64,000 nucleotides of DNA, taken from assembly GCA_963776345.1 (NCBI GenBank), contig CAVZMH010000020.1, forward strand, positions 32,001 through 96,000, in the 5' to 3' direction. The notes under the pieces were generated by a model, which was given only the letters and a program-made list of their open reading frames with translations, was not told the origin of the DNA and searched no databases. Position numbers and translations under genes: made by a program. Shown here one piece after another: positions 10,101-16,878 of this stretch; the stretch's first letter is position 1, and every line of letters starts with the position of its first letter. This DNA comes from an uncultured delta proteobacterium. GTDB taxonomy: Bacteria; Myxococcota; Myxococcia; Myxococcales; Myxococcaceae.

Positions 10101-10874
10101 GTTGGCGTCGTCCCCGCCGAGGTCGACCGTGCCGAACTCGGGGGAGCGCCCGCCGTCCCACGGCTCGGCGACGTCGGGATCATGCCCCCCGGCGGCCGCT
10201 GGCTCGGCGGGGGTCACCGGCTCGGCGGGTTCGGGCGGGGTGTCCTCGTGCAGCGGCTCGGCGCCATAGGAGCCGTCGAGGCCGTCGTCGAGCGCGTCGG
10301 CCCCGGCGCCTGCGTCCGAAAGCGCCGCGTCGTCGAAGCCGGCCTCCTCGAAGCCGGGGAGCGGAGCGTCGGGCGGAACGGCCGGCGGCGGGACCGCCGC
10401 GCCGGTCCGGGAGGGCGCGGAAGGCGCAGGCAGCTCCACCCGCGCAGTCGGCGCCGGCGCGACCACGGTGCGCTCGGCTCGACGCGCAGGAATGGCCGGG
10501 GGAACGGCGGTCACTGGCGGGACGCCGGCCGGCGTCGCCGAGTGGGCGGGAGGCAGGGGGATGGCCCCGGTGGTGAGCGACTCGGCGACGGGCGGAGCCT
10601 CGGGCGCGCGCGCGGTGATCCGCGGCAGCGGCCCCTGCGCGGCGCCGGCCGGGGGCAGGTCCAGCCCCGGCAGGGGCACCGCACCTTCGTCGAGCCGGAC
10701 GCCGACGGACGACGCGGGCGCACGCGCGCGCGGGGGCGGAGCCGCCGCCCCCTCCGGAAGACGGAGGGGAATCAGCGTCTGGCAGGAGCTGCACTTGAGC
10801 TTGGCGCCGCCGGGAGGGATTCGCCGCTCGTCGATGTTGTACGCCGTCTGGCAGGACGGACAGGTGACGCGCAT
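7101..10874 (-). CDS. Zinc-ribbon (MJ0042-type) / GYF_2 / single TM / long TPR-array protein
   Basis: MRVTCPSCQTAYNIDERRIPPGGAKLKCSSC zinc ribbon; Pro-rich linker; VFGPF...MLEDGQLLGSEEVSTDGEGW (GYF_2); one TM; numerous TPRs. Confidence 0.85.
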   Translation of the reverse strand: MRVTCPSCQTAYNIDERRIPPGGAKLKCSSCQTLIPLRLPEGAAAPPPRARAPASSVGVRLDEGAVPLPGLDLPPAGAAQGPLPRITARAPEAPPVAESLTTGAIPLPPAHSATPAGVPPVTAVPPAIPARRAERTVVAPAPTARVELPAPSAPSRTGAAVPPPAVPPDAPLPGFEEAGFDDAALSDAGAGADALDDGLDGSYGAEPLHEDTPPEPAEPVTPAEPAAAGGHDPDVAEPWDGGRSPEFGTVDLGGDDANATALPIPADDPLPGGDEVTWTEPAPAAPEMLDLSNLPKTHALKELEGGPPSDPLEFDPSRPAPEDLEADLSRPLPATVRPAEDGLEVLGFLDEAAKEIRPRTGRLTRYHVRRRSGKVFGPFEPGVIVKMLEDGQLLGSEEVSTDGEGWSGMAAVPTFAQAMQRLVAAPASAPAPRPAAAPAPPPRLDLDQLAQAYGGRMAVVSVVDGDAQARRRKRLLMAGAGVLGVLALIGAGASLGFTQYGAFGLRWLFPAHVSASSAEGKSFAEARAALAEDTWPGLRKGRAALEGLLARRAYPEVRAVWAQSVFLEQRRWGTADPALVAQAGAALEDLKVLPRGNPERLRAEIGQALLGRQPDAALALIRSAKLDPDGPLLEAEALLQQGQAGEAAQVLDTSVKNAPSGAGWHALGLLHLKLKKPDKAQADFEAALKVAPQHLSSALELAQLALGRKEAQATLKALEPALADAGALARPERARGLALRGAAMLQLGKPADAVAGLEEAVKADPSSVFAKGTLARAYAALKQDEKALPLWEAAVAGEPENPVWASGQVQSLAALKKSEEALAAAAKARSAFPKDEPTALVVARAQELLDRITDAEDSYKAASKLDPADLDAALGLARLYLRQRRTDDARAALTVVTEKRPQDARLRLGLGDLALATGELASAQTEFERATSLAPEMPDAWVARARLALERRSWKEARAHAEKALSLDPDVADGHFVHGLALWKLGELDGAAKELEAARSAGPNSKLEVALAAVRFEQGDTDTAATLLSGVLRTEPGNPEANFWMARVHDKKADWSLALESIRAALDRAPTRAAYHHELGQILRGSGKVPEAIEAWRQAVKLDPGYADAWEAMGQAYLEAGRYKDAIAAFEAALKADPGRARVLGSIGDAHFQAGKWTQAVASYQAALKTDPSITGLYYRLGRAHSEMGQYDKAIAFYQKALSASPDNAQAWYHLGYALKERGKKREAVNAFQNYLAKTPDAKDKKDIEDEIYYLSK

Positions 10875-10937
10875 GGGAAGAGCACCGGAGGCTAGCAGAC
10901 TGCCCAGGGGTTCACGTGCTAGGCGAACCGTTCGATC

Positions 10938-12257
10938 GTGAGCGGGAACACCCACATCCGACCCGTGCTCATCCTCGGCGGCGGCCTCGCCGGACTGTCC
11001 ACGGCGTTCCACCTCCGGAGGCCCTGGCTCCTGGTGGAGAAGGAGTCGCGCGTCGGAGGGCTGGTCCGGACCGAGCTGATGCACGGCGGCTTCCGCTTCG
11101 ACCCCACCGGCCACTGGCTGCACCTGCGCGACCCGGGGATGAGGGCGCTGGTGCACGAGCAGCTGCTCCCGGACGGGCTGGTCACCGTCGCCCGGAGAGC
11201 GGCGGTCTTCACCCGGGGCGTGTTCACCCGGTTTCCCTACCAGGTGAACACCCATGGGCTCCCGGCCGAGGTGGTGGCGGAGAACCTACTCGGCTTCGTC
11301 GAGGCGACGCTCGGTGAGGGCGGGCGAGCGCTCCGCGAGCGCGAGCCGGCCAACTTCGAGGAGTTCATCCTCCGGCACCTCGGCGCGGGCTTCGCCCGGA
11401 ACTTCATGGTGCCCTACAACACCAAGCTCTTCGGCGTGCCGCCGCGTGAGCTGAGCGCGGCCTGGTGCGGCCGCTTCGTGCCGAAGCCGACGCTCAAGGA
11501 GGTGGTGGACGGCGCGCTCGGCCTGGGCTCGGACGCGCTGGGCTACAACGCGAGCTTCGTCTACCCGAAGGAGGGCGGCATCGAGGGGCTGGCCCGGGCG
11601 CTCCACGGCGTGTTGACCGGCGGCGAGGTGCGGGTCTCGACCGAGCCCACCTCGCTCGACTGGGAGCGGCGAATGGCGCGGTTGTCGGACGGCAGCGAGG
11701 TGCGCTGGTCCGGGCTGGTCTCGACGGTGCCGCTCCCGCTCCTGGTGGACCTGCTCCACCTGGTGCCGGACGAGGTGCGCGCCGCGGCGGGGAAGCTCCG
11801 GGCGACGGACGTGACGTGGGTGGCGGTGGGCGTGCGCGGCCCGAACGCGCAGCCCTGGCACTGGGTCTACACGCCCGAGCCCGAGCTCACGACCTACCGC
11901 ATCGGCTCGCCCTCGGCGGTGTTCCCCGGGACGGCGCCGGCCGGGACCTCGTCGTTCTACGTGGAGTACTCCGGCCCCCGCTCTCCCCAGGCGTGCGCCG
12001 GGGCGGCGGTGGAGGACCTGGTTCGTGCGAGGATGATCCGGAGCGCGGCCGAGGTGCTCTTCGCCGAGCCGCGCGTCATCCGGAACGCCTACGTGCTCTA
12101 CGACGCCCACTACGGACAGGCCCGCCAGACGGTGATCGACTTCCTCGCCCAGGTGGGGATCCGCACCGCGGGGCGCTACGGCAACTGGGAGTACTCGTCG
12201 ATGGAGGACGCGCTGCTCGGGGGGCGCGCGGCTGCGGAGCAGGTCGAGCGCGCGTGA
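10938..12257 (+). CDS. FAD-dependent oxidoreductase (protoporphyrinogen oxidase / UDP-galactopyranose mutase-like)
   Basis: ILGGGLAGLS dinucleotide motif, GGL.RT, YPKEGG, GRYGNWEYSSM. Confidence 0.8.
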   Translation: MSGNTHIRPVLILGGGLAGLSTAFHLRRPWLLVEKESRVGGLVRTELMHGGFRFDPTGHWLHLRDPGMRALVHEQLLPDGLVTVARRAAVFTRGVFTRFPYQVNTHGLPAEVVAENLLGFVEATLGEGGRALREREPANFEEFILRHLGAGFARNFMVPYNTKLFGVPPRELSAAWCGRFVPKPTLKEVVDGALGLGSDALGYNASFVYPKEGGIEGLARALHGVLTGGEVRVSTEPTSLDWERRMARLSDGSEVRWSGLVSTVPLPLLVDLLHLVPDEVRAAAGKLRATDVTWVAVGVRGPNAQPWHWVYTPEPELTTYRIGSPSAVFPGTAPAGTSSFYVEYSGPRSPQACAGAAVEDLVRARMIRSAAEVLFAEPRVIRNAYVLYDAHYGQARQTVIDFLAQVGIRTAGRYGNWEYSSMEDALLGGRAAAEQVERA

Positions 12258-12970
12258 TGGCTGCCCCACGGCTGACCGTGGTCATCCCGGTCTACAACGA
12301 GGAGCGCATCCTCCCCTCGGCGCTGGCGGAGCTCACCGCCGGGCTGGAGAGCCGCCGGCTCGACTACGAGGTGGTGCTCGCCGAGAACGGCTCCACCGAC
12401 GGGACGCCGGCGCTGCTCGACCAGCTCACCGCGACGAATCCCCGCCTCCGCTGGTTTCACTGCGCCACCCCCAACTACGGCGCGGCGCTGAAGCAGGGGA
12501 TGCTGGAGGCACGGGGCGAGATCGTGTTCTGCGACGAGATCGACCTCTGTCACCTCAGCTTCTACGACAGCGCGCTCGGGCTGCTCGCCGATCCGACGCT
12601 GGATCTGGTGGTGGGGAGCAAGGCCTCGCGGGGAGCGGTGGACCGCCGTCCGCTCATCCGCCGGGTGGCGACGCGGGTCCACAACGGCCTGCTCCGGCTC
12701 CTGCTGGGGTTCCAGGGCACGGACACCCATGGGCTGAAGGCCTTCCGGCGCGAGCGGCTGCTCCCCGTGGTCCGCGCCTGCGTGGTGGACCGGGACGTCT
12801 TCGCCTCCGAGTTCGTGGTGCGGGCCTGGCGGGGCGGGTTCCGGGTGCTGGAGATCCCCATCCAGCTCGCGGAGAAGCGCGAGCCCTCCATCAATCTCAT
12901 GAAGCGAGTGCCCAACGTGCTCCGGCAGGTGGCGAAGCTGGTGTGGGTCATCCGGGTGCGAGGCGGCTGA
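12257..12970 (+). CDS. GT2 glycosyltransferase (polyprenol-phosphate sugar synthase-like)
   Basis: VVIPVYNEE, ENGSTDGT, DEID, DTHGLKAF. Confidence 0.88.
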   Translation: MAAPRLTVVIPVYNEERILPSALAELTAGLESRRLDYEVVLAENGSTDGTPALLDQLTATNPRLRWFHCATPNYGAALKQGMLEARGEIVFCDEIDLCHLSFYDSALGLLADPTLDLVVGSKASRGAVDRRPLIRRVATRVHNGLLRLLLGFQGTDTHGLKAFRRERLLPVVRACVVDRDVFASEFVVRAWRGGFRVLEIPIQLAEKREPSINLMKRVPNVLRQVAKLVWVIRVRGG

Positions 12971-12977
12971 GCGGCGG

Positions 12978-13946
12978 ATGCCCGGGCTGGCCTCCATCTC
13001 GGTGGACCTGGACGGGCTCGGGCACTACGCGGCCATCCACGGCCTCGACGCGGGGGAGGTGTCCGCCGAGGCCCGCGCGCTGGTGCACCAGGTCGCGGTG
13101 CCGCGCTTCGCCGGGCTCCTCGAGGGCGTGGGCGGACGGGGCACGCTGTTCGTCATCGGCGGCGAGGTGGACGAGGCGGCGCGCGGGCCGCTGGGCCAGG
13201 CGCTCCGTGGCGGACACGAGCTGGCGAGCCACAGCCACGCGCACGACTACGCGCTGTCCCGCGCCGCGCCGGAGGACATCGACCGGGACCTCGCCCGGGC
13301 CGAGGGGGTGCTCTCCGGGCTGGGCGCGCCCGGGCCGCTCGGGTTCCGCGCGCCCGGGTACACGCTCTCGCCGGCCCTGCTCCAGGCCCTGGCCGCCCGC
13401 GGCTACGCCTACGACGCGAGCATCTTCCCCGCCGCGCCGTACTGGGCGGCCAAGGCGCTGACCCTGGGGTGGCTCCGGCTCCGTGGCCGGCGCTCGGCGG
13501 CCATCCTCGACAGCCCCCGCGTCTTGCTGGCGCCGCGGCTGCCCTACCGGCCGGACCTCGCGCGGCCCGAGCGGCGGGGGACGGCGCCCCTGCTCGAGCT
13601 GCCGATGTCAGTGACGCCGGGGGGACGGGTCCCCTTCATCGGGACCTTCGTGGTGCTCGCTCCCTGGCCGATGGTGCGCGGTGCGTACGCCCGGCTCCGG
13701 AAGGGGCCGTTCCTCTCGCTCGAGCTGCACGCGGTGGACCTCCTGGGCCCCGAGGACGGGCTCCCGGCAGCGGTCGGCCGCTCCCAGCCGGACCTCCGGC
13801 TCCCCCTGGCGATGAAGCTCGGCCGGCTCCGCGAGGTGCTGGAGTGGGCGGCGCGGGACTTCGAGCTCGTGCCGCTCCGGGAGGCCGCCCGGTCGCTGGA
13901 CGGACCGGGCACGTCCCCAGTTCCCGCGGACGCCGCGCGCAACTAG
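12978..13946 (+). CDS. Polysaccharide deacetylase family protein
   Basis: SVDLD, TLFV, HELASHSHAH, GFRAPG, YDAS. Confidence 0.85.
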   Translation: MPGLASISVDLDGLGHYAAIHGLDAGEVSAEARALVHQVAVPRFAGLLEGVGGRGTLFVIGGEVDEAARGPLGQALRGGHELASHSHAHDYALSRAAPEDIDRDLARAEGVLSGLGAPGPLGFRAPGYTLSPALLQALAARGYAYDASIFPAAPYWAAKALTLGWLRLRGRRSAAILDSPRVLLAPRLPYRPDLARPERRGTAPLLELPMSVTPGGRVPFIGTFVVLAPWPMVRGAYARLRKGPFLSLELHAVDLLGPEDGLPAAVGRSQPDLRLPLAMKLGRLREVLEWAARDFELVPLREAARSLDGPGTSPVPADAARN

Positions 13947-14044
13947 GTCAGGGCGGCCGCGCTCGGGGTCCGGGTAGGGTTGGTCTGGCGGGCTGCAGTC
14001 GGCGGGGTCACGGCGGCCGCAGTCAGCTAAAAGGGCCCCGGGCC

Positions 14045-14893
14045 ATGTTCGAGCGCTTGAGCGAGGAGACGAGGAAGCGGCTGAAGCGGCTCACCCTGGA
14101 GCTGGCCGGGGACCGCGGTCCGGCGCTCGAGGCGATGGCCCACCACAGCACCGGCGAGTTCGGCGTGGACCCGTTCGGCTTCGACCCGGACTACGCGCTC
14201 TCGGCCATCGCGCCCTTCGTTTGGCTGTACAAGAAGTACTTCCGGGCGGAGACCCACGGCATCGAGCGGGTGCCCTCGGGGCGGGTGTTCCTGGTGGGCA
14301 ACCACGCCGGGCAGATCCCGATCGACGGGGCGATGGTGGGCGTGGCGATGCTCGTCGATCACGACCCGCCGCGGCTGGTGCGGGCGATGACCGAGAAGTG
14401 GGCCGCCTCGCTGCCCTACATCTCGACGCTGTTCGCCCGGAGCGGGCAGATCGTCGGCACGCCCGAGAACTGCCGTCGCCTCCTCCAGAGGGACGAGGCG
14501 GTGATGGTCTTCCCCGAGGGCGTGCCAGGCATCAGCAAGCTCTGGCCCGAGCGCTACCAGCTCAAGGACTTCGGCCTCGGCTTCATGCGGCTGGCGCTGG
14601 AGACGGCCACCCCCATCGTGCCGGTGGCGATCATCGGCTCGGAGGAGCAGGCCCCCGCGGTGCTGAACCTCCGCTCGGTGGGCAAGCTGATCGGCTTCCC
14701 GGCGCTCCCGGTGACGGTGACGCCGATTCCGCTCCCCACCAAGTACCGGCTCTACTTCGGGGACCCGCTGGTCTTCTCCGGGAGCGCGGACGACGAGGAC
14801 GCCGAGCTGGACAAGAAGGTCCGGGTGGTGAAGACCACCCTGCAGGGACTGCTCCAGCAGGGCCTCGAGGAGCGGCAGCACGTCTTCTGGTGA
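14045..14893 (+). CDS. Lysophospholipid/glycerol acyltransferase (PlsC-like)
   Basis: NHAGQIPID, VFPEG, PIVPVAIIG. Confidence 0.9.
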   Translation: MFERLSEETRKRLKRLTLELAGDRGPALEAMAHHSTGEFGVDPFGFDPDYALSAIAPFVWLYKKYFRAETHGIERVPSGRVFLVGNHAGQIPIDGAMVGVAMLVDHDPPRLVRAMTEKWAASLPYISTLFARSGQIVGTPENCRRLLQRDEAVMVFPEGVPGISKLWPERYQLKDFGLGFMRLALETATPIVPVAIIGSEEQAPAVLNLRSVGKLIGFPALPVTVTPIPLPTKYRLYFGDPLVFSGSADDEDAELDKKVRVVKTTLQGLLQQGLEERQHVFW

Positions 14894-14903
14894 GCGGCCA
14901 GCC

Positions 14904-15851
14904 ATGAGCCCCGAGTCACGACAGGTGGTGGTGGTCACCGGGCTCAGCGGGAACCTGGGCCGCACCCTGACCAAGCTGCTCCACCGGACCGAGCGCATCG
15001 TCGGCCTCGACCGCCGGCCGTTCCCCGGCGCACCCAAGGACGTGGAGCTCTTCCAGCTCGACCTCCGCAAGAAGAAGGCCGAGGACGTCTTCCGCATCCA
15101 CGAGGTGAAGGCGGTCATCCACATGGGGATCATGCACGACCCCCGGATGTCCTCCGAGGAGCACCACTCGTTCAACGTGGTGGGCACCACCCGCGTCCTG
15201 GACGCGGTGGCGAAGTACGGGGTGAAGAAGGTGGTGGTGCTCTCCTCGGCCGACGTCTACGGCCCGAGCCCGGACAACTCGAACTTCCTCACCGAGGACG
15301 CGCCCCTGATGGCGGCCTCGCGCTTCTCGGGCGTCCGCGACCTGATCGAGGTCGACATGCTCGCCCACGGCTTCTTCTGGCGGCACCCGGACATCGAAAC
15401 GGTCATCCTCCGGCCGGTGCACATCTTGGGGCCGACCATCCGGAACGCGCCGTCGAACTACCTGCGCCTGCGCCACCCCTGGGTGCTGGCGGGGTTCGAC
15501 CCGATGCTGCAGCTCATCCACCAGGAGGACGCCGCGCGGGCGATGGTCGAGGCGCTCAGGCCGGGGCTGAGGGGCGTCTACAACGTCGTTGGTCCGGGTG
15601 AGGTGCCGCTGTCCGCCGTGCTCCGCGAGCTCGGGCGGACGCCCATCCCCGTACCGCATCCCCTCGCCCGCCCGCTGCTGGGCGCGCTGTTCCGCTACCG
15701 GCTGGCCAACTTCCCGCCCCCGGAGCTGGACCACATCCAGTTCCTCTGCATGGTGGACGGCAGCCGCTGGCGCGCCGACGTGGGCTGGGTGCCCCAGCAC
15801 TCGATGAAGGACACCATCCGCTCGGTGGACGGCGAGCGGGCCGCGGCGTAG
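14904..15851 (+). CDS. NAD-dependent epimerase/dehydratase (extended SDR)
   Basis: VVTGLSGNLG, NVVGT, SSADVYG. Confidence 0.88.
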   Translation: MSPESRQVVVVTGLSGNLGRTLTKLLHRTERIVGLDRRPFPGAPKDVELFQLDLRKKKAEDVFRIHEVKAVIHMGIMHDPRMSSEEHHSFNVVGTTRVLDAVAKYGVKKVVVLSSADVYGPSPDNSNFLTEDAPLMAASRFSGVRDLIEVDMLAHGFFWRHPDIETVILRPVHILGPTIRNAPSNYLRLRHPWVLAGFDPMLQLIHQEDAARAMVEALRPGLRGVYNVVGPGEVPLSAVLRELGRTPIPVPHPLARPLLGALFRYRLANFPPPELDHIQFLCMVDGSRWRADVGWVPQHSMKDTIRSVDGERAAA

Positions 15852-16042
15852 CAGCTCCACGGCCGCCCCGGCGGGGGGGAGAGCGACGCGCGGCCCCGGG
15901 TGCGTTGAACGGACTCGTGTCCTGCCCTGAGGACGTCGGGGTCTTGGGGGCGCGAGCGCTCGCCCACGACCGGGCGGCCTCCGCGATCCGGGGCGCTCCG
16001 GGGATGCACGGGTCGCCCGCCGGCCGAACCGAAGTCGTCGAT

Positions 16043-16097
16043 AGAAAGGAAACTCACCTGTCTATTCCCGCGAAATAGACAGGTGAGTTTCCTTTCT
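16043..16097. repeat. Perfect 24-bp inverted repeat (REP-like palindrome)
   Basis: AGAAAGGAAACTCACCTGTCTATT-cccgcga-AATAGACAGGTGAGTTTCCTTTCT; degenerate relative at 46063-46110. Confidence 0.85.
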
Positions 16098-16349
16098 TCC
16101 TCGTGCCCCTCGGAGCGCCCGGAGCCACTCCCTCCGTGGCAACCTGCCACCGCCCGGAGCTCGGGCCAGCCACGCGCCCCGGCACCCAGGGTCCGATCTT
16201 CCGGGGAAGCCCGGCTCTCCCTGGGCAGCGCAGGCGCTTCGGCAGTCGTCACGACGACCGCGACAACAATGTCGTGGTTCGGGGCGCGGGTCACTCAGAC
16301 TCCGAGGAAACTCGGCAGCCAATATCCTGAAATCACCCGGGATGCCGCG

Positions 16350-16365
16350 TGGCACCCGCCTTGCT
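16350..16365 (+). promoter_or_regulatory. Sigma54 (-24/-12) promoter
   Basis: TGGCAC-CCGCC-TTGCT, exact match to TGGCAC-N5-TTGCW. Confidence 0.7.
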
Positions 16366-16375
16366 CACTCCTGAA

Positions 16376-16452
16376 CCCGTGAGGGCGTCCCATCGGGGGA
16401 CGCCCGACGCCCACCGTCCCGGCCGGCCCCGGGGCGGTGGGCGCTTTTATTT
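16376..16452 (+). ncRNA. Candidate sigma54-dependent small RNA (two stem-loops, intrinsic terminator)
   Basis: Directly after the -24/-12 motif: 9-bp hairpin 16383-16405, 15-bp hairpin 16408-16443, then CTTTTATTT; no coding ORF. Confidence 0.55.
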
Positions 16453-16866
16453 GCGGGGCGCGAGGTCCGGGTAGGGCCCGCCCTGCATCGACTCGAGGCG
16501 CCACTGCCCGTCCCGGGCGACCCAGGTGGCCTTCGCCTCCTGGACCTGCTCCGACGCCGACGGCAAGCGGAGCCACCGCCAGCGGGCGGTCACCACGCTG
16601 CGCTCCCCGTCGGCGCTCGGCGTGACGTCGAGCAACTCGATGTCGGTGATGCTCAGGTCCGAGGCGTCGCGGGCGCGCGCGGCGAGGAACTCGCTCCGCC
16701 GCTCGGGGACCAGCAGCTGGGCCACGGCGGCGGACTCGCTCCAGCGGGCCTTCAGCTGGAAGTCCTCGTAAGTGCTCTTGAGTGCGCTCTGCGTGGCCCC
16801 CCCTTGGTGACATCCCACGACACCGAGGAGCAGGCAGGCGAGGAGGGGGCGCGTGGTAGCCTTCAT
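16447..16866 (-). CDS. Putative lipoprotein
   Basis: MKATTRPLLACLLLGVVGC signal peptide with lipobox-like Cys; GC3-rich codons. Confidence 0.75.
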   Translation of the reverse strand: MKATTRPLLACLLLGVVGCHQGGATQSALKSTYEDFQLKARWSESAAVAQLLVPERRSEFLAARARDASDLSITDIELLDVTPSADGERSVVTARWRWLRLPSASEQVQEAKATWVARDGQWRLESMQGGPYPDLAPRK

Positions 16867-16878
16867 CGGCTGACAACG

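Noticed and set aside
7233..10895. Long antisense or alternative-frame ORFs (also 17153-20260, 31739-35455, 57752-61747)
   Set aside because: Shadow ORFs from stop-codon scarcity at high GC; no recognisable motifs, and they lie opposite well-supported genes
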